From positions 352,001-416,000 of the forward strand of contig CAWGMQ010000006.1 in assembly GCA_963823665.1 (NCBI GenBank): a stretch of 64,000 bases of DNA, read 5' to 3'. Below are positions 1 through 10,311 of the stretch, piece by piece. The DNA comes from an uncultured Planctomycetota bacterium (GTDB lineage Bacteria > Planctomycetota > Planctomycetia > Isosphaerales > Isosphaeraceae). Every line of letters begins with the position of its first letter. Positions within the stretch are counted from its first letter, which is position 1. The position numbers were made by a program, and so were the translations under genes. The notes beneath the pieces are model-generated. The model was given only the letters and a program-made list of their open reading frames with translations, searched no databases and was not told where the DNA came from.

Positions 1-311
1 GTGCTGCCCACGTCACGCACCGGGACGATGCCGGGATGGTCGAGATTGGCGACCATTCGAGCCTCGGCCAGATACGCTTCCGCATCTTCGGGCTTCGAGA
101 TCAACCTGGCGTGCGGCACCTTGAGGGCGACGGGCCGGTTCAGTTGCTCACCCTGAGCGAGATAGACAAGGCCAAAGCTCCCCTCGCCCAGCGCTTTCTC
201 AATGCGGTAGCGACCGATCCGCTGGGGATATTCGGCAGGTGCAGCACCACGTTGCGGGTCAGCTTTCCCTTCGTGATCCTCCGCCACATCGAGTGTATTC
301 GATTCGTTCAC
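1..311 (-). CDS. Ser/Thr protein kinase, N-terminal part (runs off window start)
   Basis: Manual translation from GTG at 311 (GAGGAGG upstream) gives ...IGRYRIEKALGEGSFGLVYLAQGEQLNRPVALKVP...EARMVANLDHPGIVPVRDVG, i.e. the Gly-rich loop, VAxK and HPxIV of Hanks kinases. Not in the ORF track. Confidence 0.9.
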   Translation of the reverse strand, partial: MNESNTLDVAEDHEGKADPQRGAAPAEYPQRIGRYRIEKALGEGSFGLVYLAQGEQLNRPVALKVPHARLISKPEDAEAYLAEARMVANLDHPGIVPVRDVGS

Positions 312-360
312 GGCTGCCGTCGCCCTCCTCACCCATGCCCGGCATTTTCGTCACCTCTCT

Positions 361-814
361 ATCAAGTCCGAGTCTAGCAATCTGGATCTGGGAGTGCATC
401 ACGCACCCGCAGTTTGAGCCGCGAAACGATGTTTCTTTCGCCGAAAGCCGGGGCCAACGAAAAACCCCCGGCTGGCAGGACCGAGCGCCTCTCCTTAACG
501 GGTTTGGTGCCTATCGGTCGCAAGACCGCTCCGGCATCGCCCGCGGATCACTTGGGACGGGTTTACCGGTGTAATCCGACATCGGCCGCCGCGCGTCAGC
601 CTATCACGCATCATCAAGCCTGTACGGGCCTCCATTCGGACGCGAGTTGGGAACAAATTGGGAACGGTATTGGCAACGTCAGCCCCATGCGGCCACAATG
701 CGAAAACACCAAGGTGGCGACGTGCTAGCCTTGGATTCGCAAACTTTAAGCACCACCGCAACCTGTTTCCAATGCGACGGCGATGGCAGACGCGCCGGAC
801 TCAAAATCCGGTCC
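361..814 (+). repeat. 454-bp direct repeat, copy 1 (copy 2 at 6212-6665)
   Basis: Co-linear and highly similar at constant offset 5851, from ATCAAGTCCGAGTCTAGC to GGACTCAAAATCCGGTCC. Confidence 0.95.
783..814 (+). pseudogene. tRNA-Leu(CAA) fragment (D-loop end plus anticodon arm), att-like scar
   Basis: ATGGCAGACGCG followed by CCGGA-CTCAAAA-TCCGG anticodon arm; no acceptor stem or T-arm. Confidence 0.7.
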
Positions 815-1065
815 ATCGTCGCCGGGCAGTTCGATCCGATTCCATGCGGCCCGTCGCGATACCTCGTCTACCACGATCAGCGTGAAGCCATCGCGGCTCT
901 TCGAGATATTGGTAGAGGCGGCCGAGTTGCAGTGCCGCGGCACCAAAACGGTGGCAAACCACAGAAAAACAATACCGAGAATCTTTCGAAATCCTGGAAA
1001 ACGGCAGCCCTTGGTATATCGCATTTAACTGGTTACCGAGAAAGGCGTTGTGTCAGACTGGACCG

Positions 1066-1112
1066 CCTGGTTTGGAACCAGGAGGTTGGCGGTTCGATCC
1101 CGCTGGTCTCCA
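1066..1112 (+). pseudogene. tRNA-Pro(TGG) 3' half, att-like scar
   Basis: Anticodon arm CCTGG-TTTGGAA-CCAGG, T-arm GGCGG-TTCGATC-CCGCT; 5' half absent. Confidence 0.7.
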
Positions 1113-1495
1113 ATTAACACCAATCAGACGTTCAACTTACGTCAGCTAATTGCTTCGGCGAGCTTCTGCTCCGGATTGACCATCGAATGGAAGAGGCGTG
1201 GAATTGTCCCGTGATTCTGCGGGTTTTTCATTAGCGCGAGCGCCTGGGTGAGTACCAGGCGCTCTCTGGATCTCCAAGTCGACAGTCGCCTTGCTACCTG
1301 AATCTCGCCCCGCATTGCCGGGATCGCCGGGATTCATGTTGCCCGACGCAAGGTGGCCGCATAGCAGCGAAGCACTCTGCCCCGTCCGAATTGTCGCGAC
1401 GGGGGTTCTCGCGTTGATCGTGCGATCGCTTCCCCCCGATCGTCCCGTTCCCTCCATGTTGGCCGATCTTCGTCCGGAGCGGTATTCTTGACCTC

Positions 1496-2089
1496 ATGAA
1501 CAACGAGGTCACCCGCATCCTCGGCGCCATCGAAGCTGGAAACCCGCAAGCCGCCGATCGGCTACTGCCGCTGGTATACGAAGAGCTGCGCAAGCTGGCG
1601 GCCGCACACATGGCGAACGAGGCGAGCGGCCATACCCTTAACGCAACGGCTTTGGTTCACGAGGCCTATCTGCGACTGGTGGGAGTTCAGCAGTTCAACA
1701 GCCGAGGTCACTTCTTCGCCGCGGCGTCTGAGGCGATGCGGCGCGTGCTGGTCGACCATGCTCGCAACCGCAAGCGGCTTCGAAGAGGCGGTCCTTCGCG
1801 ACGGCGCGAGGAGCTTGAACTCGACGCCGTGGCTCGGCTGGACGCTTCGCCGGACGACTTGCTCGACCTCGACGCCGCCATTTCCCGGCTTGAGCGCGAA
1901 GACCCCCGCGCCGCCTCCCTGGTCAAGCTCCGTATCTTCGCCGGACTGACCCAAGAACAAGCGGCGAAGACGTTGGGGGTGGTCCGACGGACAGCCGACC
2001 GCGACTGGGCGTTCGCACGCGCCTGGCTTTTTCGCCAGCTTTCGGAGAATTCCTGTCGCACGGCGGAGCCAGACGGAGCACGACGATGA
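1496..2089 (+). CDS. ECF RNA polymerase sigma factor (TIGR02999-like, kinase-associated)
   Basis: VTRILGAIEAG...LLPLVYEELRKLA...HTLNATALVHEAYLRL...HFFAAASEAMRRVLVDHAR...RDWAFARAWL. Confidence 0.93.
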   Translation: MNNEVTRILGAIEAGNPQAADRLLPLVYEELRKLAAAHMANEASGHTLNATALVHEAYLRLVGVQQFNSRGHFFAAASEAMRRVLVDHARNRKRLRRGGPSRRREELELDAVARLDASPDDLLDLDAAISRLEREDPRAASLVKLRIFAGLTQEQAAKTLGVVRRTADRDWAFARAWLFRQLSENSCRTAEPDGARR

Positions 2090-2152
2090 GGAGGCCGCTT
2101 TCGGGCCCCCGATCCAGAGTCGTTCCGAGCCGATCCCGAGGAGTGGACGCCC

Positions 2153-5100
2153 ATGACTTCGCCCGCCCCCGACCTGAAGAGCATATTCTGTGAAGCCCTC
2201 GAGCGGCCAGGCGGCCCCGAGCGGGACGCGTATCTCGAGGACGCATGTCGCGGCAACCCAGCGCTCAAGGCGGGGGTCGAGGAGCTACTGGCCGCCCACG
2301 ACCAGGCGGGCCGCTTCCTCGCACAAGGCCCCGAAGGCCCGGTCGCTGGCGGGTCCAAGACTCTTGCCGCCACGGGCACCGATGCGCTGTCGAATGCCAC
2401 CAATGCGGCGGAAACAATTGCGAACGAAACACACGAATTGACGAGAACTTCCGCCTCGGAAACGCTCGGCTTCGCGGAGAATGGGTCTGGCACCACGAAC
2501 GCCACAGCCGTCGACTCAGGGCGGAAAAACCGCCCTGGCGGGTTCGTCCCGGGTCAGGTCATTGCGTTGCGCTACACGCTGAGAAACGTCCTCGGCGAGG
2601 GGGGCCTGGGCACGGTTTACCTGGCCGAACAGACCGAGCCGGTGAAACGCCAGGTCGCGCTCAAGCTGATCAAGCTTGGCATGGACTCGCGCGCGGTTCT
2701 GGCCCGGTTCGACGCCGAACGCCAGGCGCTGGCGCTGATGGATCATCCGAACATCGCCCGCGTTTACGACGGAGGAACCACCGAAACCGGCCAGCCGTTC
2801 TTTGTGATGGAACTGGTCAACGGCCTGCCGATCACGGATTATTGCGACCGCAAACGGCTGCCGTTCAAGGCCCGGTTGGAGCTGTTCGTGGCCGTTTGCC
2901 AGGCGGTGCAGCATGCCCATCAAAAAGGAATCATCCACCGCGACCTCAAGCCTTCGAACGTGATGGTCACCGAGGTTGACGGCCGTCCCACGCCCAAGGT
3001 CATCGATTTCGGCGTGGCCAAGGCCACGGAGTTCGACCTGACCGACCAGAGCCTGGGGGATACCGGAGCGATCGTCGGCACGCCTACCTATATGTCGCCC
3101 GAGCAAGCGGACCCGTCGTCGATGGACATCGACACACGGACCGACGTGTATGCGCTGGGCGTGATCCTCTACGAGTTGCTCGCCGGTTCGCCGCCGCTGG
3201 ATGCATCGCAATTCAAGCGAGGTGCGCTCTTGGAGATGCTGCGCATGGTGCGGGAGGTCGATCCGCCCCGTCCAAGCACGAAGGTGAGCACGGCGGAAGG
3301 GCTGCCCAACATCGCGGCCGGTCGCAGCATCGATCCGGCGCAATTGAAGCGAGCATTGACGGGCGATCTCGACTGGATCGTGATGAAGGCCTTGGAGAAG
3401 GACCGCACCCGGCGGTACGAGACGGCCAACGGCTTCGCCGCCGACATCAATCGGCACCTCTCGTGCGAGCCGGTACTGGCCGCGCCGCCGAGTCGGGTCT
3501 ACCGAATGAAGAAATTTGTCCGCAAGCATCGCGGCGGGGTGCTTGCCGCGAGCCTGGTGCTACTGTCGCTGCTGGGCGGCTTGGCCGCGGTGGCGGCGGT
3601 GCAGACGGTGGCCAACGCCAGGCTCGCGGCCTCGCTGAGGAGAGAAACGACCGCGAACATGGCCCTGAATGAAGCCAACGGCCAGCTCACCCAATCACGT
3701 GCGGCCGTGGAGGCGCGGTACAAGCTGGCGATGGACGCGATCAAGACGTTTCACACCGGCGTGAGTGAGGACTTCCTGCTCAAGGAGGAGAAATTCAAGG
3801 AGCTGCGCGACCGGCTCTTGAAATCGGCCGCGGACTTCTACGGCAAGCTCGGCGCCCTGCTCGGCAAGGAGACCGATATCGCCTCGCGGCGGGCGCTGGC
3901 GCAGTCCAACTTCGAGCTGGCCGGGCTGACGGACAAGGTCGGCCGCAACCAGGACGCCCTGGCGGCGCATCGTGCGGTGCTGGCGGCTCGCGAGGCGCTG
4001 GCGGCCGAACCGGGAGCCGGCACCCTGGCCAACGTCGACGTCGGGCGCAGCTTGATCGCAGTCGCCGGGCTGCTCGCAGCGACGGGCAAGACGGACGAGG
4101 CGCTGGCGTCCTACCGGCGGTCGGAGTCGCTGCTGGCGGGCGTGGCGGGTGCCGATCCATCGGCGCTGGCGGCGCTGGCGGCCTGCCGGTCGCAAATGGG
4201 TTGGCTCCTACAGAAGACGGGCAAGACCTCCGACGCCCTGGCGGCCTTACGGCTGGCGCGGGCCGACCAGGAGGCGCTGGCCGCCGCTCCCGAAGCCTCC
4301 AACGATGCCCGCCACGACCTGGCGGAAACCATCGCTCGCATCGGCCTCCTGCTGTTTTGGACGGGCAAGACGGCGGAGGGGGAGGCCGAGTACCGCAAGG
4401 CGATGTCGCTCTACCAGAAGTTGGCCGACGACAACCCCGCTGTCACCCAATTCCGCAGCGACCTGGCGCAAAGCCACTACCACCTCGGCGGCCATTTGGA
4501 CTGGGTCAAGCCCGAGGAGGCGGAGGCCGAGCATCGCCGGGCGGTGGCGCTCTCCCAGGAGCTGGTCGACGACCACCCCGCCGTCACCGAATTCCGCGGC
4601 GGCCTGGCCTGGAGCCACGACGGCCTCGGCTGGTCGCTGTGGCACACGGGCAAGCTGGCGGAGGCGGAGGCCGGGCTCCGCAAGGCGGTGGCGCTCTTCC
4701 AGAAGCTGGCCGACGACAACCCCGCCGTCGCCCGCTTCCGCCTCGGCCTGGCGCAAGACCACTTCACCCTCGGCCACGTGTTTTCGTCCATGGGCAAGCC
4801 AGTCGCGGCGGAGGCCGAGTACCGCAAATCGCTGTCGATCCGGCAGAAGCTGGCCGCCGACAACCCCGCCGACACCGAATTCCGCTTCCGCCTGGCGCAC
4901 AGCCACTTATGGCTCGGCGGCGTGCTGTCGAGCACGGACAGGCCGGCGGAGGCGGAGGCCGAGTACCGCAAGGCGATGACGCTCAACCAGAAGCTGGCCG
5001 ACGACGAGCCCGCCGTCACCGAATTCCCCAACTGGCTGGCGTGGAATCACCGCGCGCTCGCCGAGCTGCTGTCGAAGATGGGCAAGCCGGCGGAGGCGGA

Positions 5101-6055
5101 GGCCGAGCTCCGCAAGGCGCTGGCGATCCGGCAGAAGCTGGTCGACAACGACCCCGCCGACACCAGCGGGCGCCAGTGGCTGGCGGACAGCCACTTCGAC
5201 CTCGGCATCCTGCTGTCGAAGACGGGCAAGCCGGCGGAGGCCGAGGCCGGGCTCCGCAAGGCGCTGGCGATCCGGCAGAAGCTGGCCGACGACTACCCCG
5301 CCGTCGTCAACTTCGGCAGGAGCCCGGCGGAATTGCACTTCAACCTCGGCATCCTGCTGTGGAACACGGGCAAGCCGGCGGAGGCGGAGGCCGAGGACCG
5401 CAAGGCGGTGGCGATCCGGCAGAAGCTGGTCGACGACAACCCCTCTGACATCGATCTCCGCCGTGACCTGTCCCTCGAATATCTGAGGGTAGCTACCGTC
5501 CAGGCGTGGTTTGGGCAGGACAAAGAGCTTTCCTCCACTTGCGAGAAACTTCTTTCGCTCGCGAGAAATACGGAAGATTCCGCGGTCGCCGAAAGGGCGG
5601 CGAAGTGTTGCAGCCTGCGCCAGGCTGACTCCAAGCGGTGCGAACCCGCGCTGGTTCTCGCCCGTCGCGCGGTGGAACATGGAAAGGGTTCCCAGTGGCT
5701 GGTTTATTTCGAGATGGCCCTCGGCATGGCGGAGTACCGTAGCGGACACTTCGCGGAAGCCGACGCTGCGCTGATCGCCGCAGCAACTGGCGGCAAGGAC
5801 AACCCGCGCGTGGTCGGCACGTCGGCGTTCTACCGCGCGATGGGCCTATTTCGGCAGGGCAAGACCGACCTTGCCCGCAAGCTCGCCACCGAGGCGGCCG
5901 CCAAGATGAAACCGCTGCCGGTCGACGAGCAGAAACCGCTCCAGGGCGGTGCCGACCACGACGACCTGATCATGTGGCTGGCCTACAAGGAAGCGAAGGC
6001 AATGATCCGGCTTGACGCGACCCCCTCCGGCGCGGCGCAGCCCCACACGAAATGA
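2153..6055 (+). CDS. Ser/Thr protein kinase with TM segment and TPR-like repeats (1300 aa)
   Basis: GEGGLG, VALK, HRDLKPSN, DFG, GTPTYMSPE motifs; hydrophobic segment; repeated GKPAEAEAExRKA units. Confidence 0.95.
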   Translation: MTSPAPDLKSIFCEALERPGGPERDAYLEDACRGNPALKAGVEELLAAHDQAGRFLAQGPEGPVAGGSKTLAATGTDALSNATNAAETIANETHELTRTSASETLGFAENGSGTTNATAVDSGRKNRPGGFVPGQVIALRYTLRNVLGEGGLGTVYLAEQTEPVKRQVALKLIKLGMDSRAVLARFDAERQALALMDHPNIARVYDGGTTETGQPFFVMELVNGLPITDYCDRKRLPFKARLELFVAVCQAVQHAHQKGIIHRDLKPSNVMVTEVDGRPTPKVIDFGVAKATEFDLTDQSLGDTGAIVGTPTYMSPEQADPSSMDIDTRTDVYALGVILYELLAGSPPLDASQFKRGALLEMLRMVREVDPPRPSTKVSTAEGLPNIAAGRSIDPAQLKRALTGDLDWIVMKALEKDRTRRYETANGFAADINRHLSCEPVLAAPPSRVYRMKKFVRKHRGGVLAASLVLLSLLGGLAAVAAVQTVANARLAASLRRETTANMALNEANGQLTQSRAAVEARYKLAMDAIKTFHTGVSEDFLLKEEKFKELRDRLLKSAADFYGKLGALLGKETDIASRRALAQSNFELAGLTDKVGRNQDALAAHRAVLAAREALAAEPGAGTLANVDVGRSLIAVAGLLAATGKTDEALASYRRSESLLAGVAGADPSALAALAACRSQMGWLLQKTGKTSDALAALRLARADQEALAAAPEASNDARHDLAETIARIGLLLFWTGKTAEGEAEYRKAMSLYQKLADDNPAVTQFRSDLAQSHYHLGGHLDWVKPEEAEAEHRRAVALSQELVDDHPAVTEFRGGLAWSHDGLGWSLWHTGKLAEAEAGLRKAVALFQKLADDNPAVARFRLGLAQDHFTLGHVFSSMGKPVAAEAEYRKSLSIRQKLAADNPADTEFRFRLAHSHLWLGGVLSSTDRPAEAEAEYRKAMTLNQKLADDEPAVTEFPNWLAWNHRALAELLSKMGKPAEAEAELRKALAIRQKLVDNDPADTSGRQWLADSHFDLGILLSKTGKPAEAEAGLRKALAIRQKLADDYPAVVNFGRSPAELHFNLGILLWNTGKPAEAEAEDRKAVAIRQKLVDDNPSDIDLRRDLSLEYLRVATVQAWFGQDKELSSTCEKLLSLARNTEDSAVAERAAKCCSLRQADSKRCEPALVLARRAVEHGKGSQWLVYFEMALGMAEYRSGHFAEADAALIAAATGGKDNPRVVGTSAFYRAMGLFRQGKTDLARKLATEAAAKMKPLPVDEQKPLQGGADHDDLIMWLAYKEAKAMIRLDATPSGAAQPHTK
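4361..5460 (+). repeat. In-frame tandem repeats of about 144 bp (48 aa), about 8 units
   Basis: GGCAAGCCGGCGGAGGC recurs at 5081, 5225 and 5369; related units upstream. Confidence 0.85.
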
Positions 6056-6070
6056 CCGCGTGTCTGGGAT

Positions 6071-6105
6071 GGGACGGAAACAGGGACGGGACGGAAACAG
6101 GGACG
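6071..6105 (+). repeat. Tandem GGGACGGAAACAGGGAC motif (REP-like family, also at 16325-16351 and 33090-33256)
   Basis: Two adjacent copies just after the kinase stop; same motif recurs in other intergenic regions. Confidence 0.75.
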
Positions 6106-6211
6106 CGACTAGTATCGACAAAGCCGGCGGGGTAGTGGCGGACGGAAACCGCAACGTCTCCAACCGCTCGGATTGATGGCGATAGGCCGGTTCAGTTGCT
6201 CATCCTGAGCG

Positions 6212-6665
6212 ATCAAGTCCGAGTCTAGCAATCTGGATCTGGGAGTGCATCACGCACCCGCAGTTTGAGCCGCAAAACGATGTTTCTTTCGCCGAAAGCC
6301 GGGGCCAACGAAAAACCCCCGGCTGGCAGGACCGAGCGCCTCTCCTTAACGGGTTTTGTGCCTATCGGTCGCAAGACCGCTCCGGCATCGACCGCGAATC
6401 ACTTGGGACGGGTTTACCGGTGTAATCCGACATCGGCCGCCGCGCGTCAGCCTATCACGCATCATCAAGCCTGTCCGGGCCTGCATTCGGACGCGAGTTG
6501 GGAACAAATTGGGAACAGTATTGGCAACGTCAGCCCCATGCGGCCACAATGCGAAAACACCAAGGTGGCGACGTGCGAGCCTTGGATTTGCAGACTTTAA
6601 GCACCACCGCAACGTGTTTCCAATACCACGACTATGGCAGAAGTCCCGGACTCAAAATCCGGTCC
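6212..6665 (+). repeat. 454-bp direct repeat, copy 2
   Basis: Matches 361-814. Confidence 0.95.
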
Positions 6666-6700
6666 CCGCAAGGGGCGTGGTTTCTAATCCGACGGTCGGT
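6634..6700 (+). pseudogene. Degenerate tRNA-Leu(CAA), 3' two-thirds
   Basis: CCGGA-CTCAAAA-TCCGG anticodon arm, CCCC-GCAA-GGGG variable arm, decayed T-arm GTGGTTTCTAATCCGAC. Confidence 0.7.
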
Positions 6701-8069
6701 TCGAGTGGGAGATTCGACGAGGGTTCGCAGTTCGCGAACGCACGCAAGGCTTGCATCACTTCGGGACGGATGACGATCGAGGGGCGAGCTTCGCGCAGTA
6801 TTGCGACGGCCTCGTCGATCGTGCCGGCCTGTCCGCTGGCAAGGAGGTAGGCCCCGACGACAGCGGCGCTGCGCGAGTAACCGATCTTGCAATGCACGTA
6901 CACAGTGCCACTCGCCGATTCCTCGGCGATGAATGTTGTCGCTTCGTGTAACTGGTCCTGCGTCGGAGCTGTCAGATCGAGGATTGGAAGGTTCCGATAC
7001 CTCGTGTCACGGAAAGCCGCCGGCTCCGAGAATTCCGCCGTCAAGTCCAGCACGGCCGTCACGCCCTGCTTCTTGGCCTCGGTGGCCTCCGATTCGGAGA
7101 GGGTGCGACCGATCACGATCGCCGGCACCACTTCGTCCCATGCGTGGCATTGACCGCGATAGTAGATGAGCGACAGGTACTGCCCGGTCAAGATCGGAGC
7201 CAGCACGAACCGCGTGCTCCAGGGCAGCCGGCCGTCGGCTTTGCGGAAGATCCCCGGTCCGAATCCGAAATAGGCGCCGGCAGTTATCCCCAGCCCGGCC
7301 GCCGGCCAAAGCAGGAACGCGCCCCAGAGGCCAAGCGCGTTCGCCAGCATCAGCACCAACACGGCTCCCGTGGTGTAGTAGCAGCCGACCCGGACGTTCG
7401 GCGTCACGGGGCAGCGCGAGTCTGATTCTCGGAAAACGTAGAATGCGAATCCGGCCAGAATCAATCCGCCCGCAATGTCCACCACATGGTGCTGCCAGGT
7501 CAACAGCGTGGCAATACCGATCAAGATAAACCATGTGCACAATAGAGCCCGGACGATCCCGCGCGAATGGCGGGCGTAAATGTCGGCCACGATCAGGCAC
7601 AGCACGATATGCAGCGACGGAAACAGGTTGTGCGGGTATTCCATCAGGAACGGCGCCGTGCATGACTGCTCGACGAAGTCCCCGAACCATCCGCCGACGG
7701 AGGGCCGCGCGGGCCAGTGCAGCTTCAGCGGCATTAGCAGGAAGAAGGCCGCAGCCACCGTGATCGAGAACACCACCCGCTGCGCGAAGGTACGTAGCTC
7801 CCGTTCGTTCCGGCACAGGAACGTGGCCATGAAGAAGAAGGCGTCCATTGACATGTACGGCACGATCAAGAGCGGCGCGTAGGGGATGACCGTCAACTCC
7901 CAGGCGAAATACCACGTTTGCACGTTCGCGACGGGATGATGAGCGGTAAGCCAATTCGTGGCGCCGTAGACGACCACGAAAAGCAAGGATAGAAGCACCG
8001 ACGTTCCGGCGGCCCGAAGGATCAGGATCCGACTCGGCGGGCGGCCGACACCGTGAATATGCCACACGG
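6652..8069 (-). CDS. PAP2-like membrane domain plus dual-specificity phosphatase (YnbD-like); start uncertain (about 8025-8069)
   Basis: PSLH and TWQHH PAP2-like motifs; VHCKIGYSRS CX5R phosphatase loop; operon position. Confidence 0.85.
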
Positions 8070-9784
8070 GTCGATCTCCTGTGAAATCTTTTCGAAGCCA
8101 GCGTTTCGGACCAGTTCGTCCATTTCCGCCTGCGTGCGGCGGCGCATGATCCACGGTTGGCCCTCGCGGTTGGCCAGCACCCGCGCGATGAACTCGACCT
8201 GAGGATGCCACGGCTGATTGGTGTAAATCAGATGCCCACCCGGCTCGACGGCGTCGGCCAATCCTCGCAGCGAACGGACCACGGGTCCGTTGTCCGGAAA
8301 GAGTTCATACAGGCCAGAGGCAATGGCAATCGTGGGCCGCGGCGTGATCTTTGCCAACCGGGCCCGATCAAAGGCATCGGCGTGGGCCAACGTAACCTGT
8401 GTCAGACCGAGCTCGTCCCGCAGTCGGGCGGCGGCATCCAGGTTCTCCTGCTTGTAGTCGCGCAGGACGGCCGAAATGGGAATCGGGCGTAGCGTGTGGA
8501 TCGTCTCGAGAACGTATCGGCCCGGCCCGGAAGCAATGTCGAGCAGTCGCACCGGACGGCCCGCGGCGTGAGTCTGTTCGATGAGCGAGCGCAGCGTCTG
8601 TTCCAGCAGCGTCCGACGGACGCGAATGCCGCGCCAGCCGATGGCATTGAGAAACGCGCGGTCGATGAGACGACCCAGCGGCGTCAGGCCTTGGGCGCGG
8701 TTCTGGTAGATGTAATCGAGCATGATGCCGGAATCGAAGCCGTGCTTCCAGCCGAGGTCGATGCCGCGGCTGAGCCGGCCTGGCCCCTTCATCAGCCAGC
8801 GCACGGCGGCGAACCGGAGACCGCCCGGCCGCTGCAGGCGCTGGTACTCGCCGTGCGTGAAGCCATGCCGATCGGCATCGACGAGCGACGGTGGCGACGG
8901 AGGTTCGCGCGAAGCGCTCGCCGATCCAGTCGCGCACCTTCTCGACAACGAGGCGCCGATCCCTCTCGTGAAAGATCGCGTGGGAGAACCCGGTCAGCAC
9001 CTCGAAGCGCTTGACCGCGGAGGAGGCGCGATCGACAAACTGCCGCTGGGCCCTTTCATGCACGACCCAGTCCGAACTCGCGGCGAGCACGAGCAACGGC
9101 ACATTCATGGCGCCTGCGTCGTCCAGTAGCCGCGTCGAGGTATCGTGCAGGTCGAGGAGCATGTTCACCGCGATCTGCCGAAAGATCAGCGGGTCGGCGT
9201 TATAGTGCGCAGCCTGTTCCGGGTCGTGGGTGACCATGGTCGCTTTGACGAAGCTCTTGACGTATCCGGGACCGAACAATCGCTGCCGCAACCGGAGGAG
9301 CGGTACGGCAAACGGCACGTACAGCTTCACGCGGAAGGCCGGCGTGGCAAGGATCAACCCGCCTACCGGCGGCGCGTAGTCATGGACCCATGCTGTCGCG
9401 ATCACGGCGCCCAAGCTGTGAGCGAGTACCACCGTGCCGGGCAGCTCGATTCCAAACGTTGTGCAGAGGTGGTGCACCCATTCATCGACATCGCGGATCA
9501 CGGTCGCCAGGTCCGGCGCCGTTACCGCGCTCACCGGAGGAAAGACCGTGTCCGCGCTGGTCCCAGGCGAAAACAGAAAAATCGTCCAATCCCAGCGCAC
9601 GAACGGTCTCTTGCCAGCGGCGCGAGTGTTCGTGGCCACGGTGAAACAAGAGCAGGGCTTTGCTGGTTGGCTCCTCGGGCAGCCAGGCGCGGTAAAACAG
9701 CTCGGCCCCGTCGCGCAGCGTTAACGTGTGCTCGGTTGGATCGAGCACGGCCGGCGGGCGGATTCGTTCCTGTGTAGCGAGCAT
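8022..9784 (-). CDS. Bifunctional alpha/beta hydrolase / class I SAM methyltransferase (YnbC-like), split by frameshifts near 9520 and 8905
   Basis: LFHRGHEHS and WDQRGHG (frame 1); AHSLG and HAIFHE (frame 2); GFDSG, LDIASGPGRY and YTNQPWHPQ (frame 3). Confidence 0.85.
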
Positions 9785-9796
9785 ATGAAATTTTCC

Positions 9797-10213
9797 TTAT
9801 TTCACATGAGGAGTTTCTCGTTGCCATTCTTTCGCCCACACATATGCAATCGTCAACAGGGCGCAGACGATGTGAAAGTAGCGTGCGCCGGCAATATCGT
9901 ACGGCGAGAGCGTCGGCTCAACTTTATCGCGAACGAGCGTGATCTCAGCGGCGCTCGACCCGGTGGACGGGTAATCCTTGAAGGCCGCCCGGATGGCCTC
10001 ACGCTCGAGGGCGGTCGCCTCGATGGCTCCCTCGTTCTTGAATGCGAAGCACGCAAACAAGATGGTGATCAGGACGGTCGTCACGAATTCCCGGCGCTGC
10101 CGGAACGTCGAGAATCCGACGATGCCGCCGATCACGAGGACGTAAATCGTCCAGTACCATTGCAAAGCCACCGAGCGTTCGAAGTACGCCTGGATCAATT
10201 GGCTGTAGTTCAT
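9797..10213 (-). CDS. Hypothetical membrane protein
   Basis: 138 aa with three hydrophobic segments and a GGAGG RBS, inside the operon. Confidence 0.75.
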   Translation of the reverse strand: MNYSQLIQAYFERSVALQWYWTIYVLVIGGIVGFSTFRQRREFVTTVLITILFACFAFKNEGAIEATALEREAIRAAFKDYPSTGSSAAEITLVRDKVEPTLSPYDIAGARYFHIVCALLTIAYVWAKEWQRETPHVK

Positions 10214-10311
10214 GGGACCTCCTGGTTACGGACCGGTTTCGACACGATTTCCTCAAGCACGAACGCCAGGGCCTCTTTCGATCCTTCCTTCGATGACTTT
10301 CTCAGGCCGGG

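Noticed and set aside
414..728. Protein-coding ORFs within the 454-bp repeat
   Set aside because: No recognisable motifs or RBS, and ORF ends differ between the two copies.
783..1112. Functional tRNA genes
   Set aside because: They lack 5' acceptor and D-stem halves or intact T-arms, so they are fragments only (likewise 6634-6700 and 31051-31072).
4361..5460. Diversity-generating retroelement TR/VR pair
   Set aside because: No RT, and the differences between repeats are not visibly adenine-specific.
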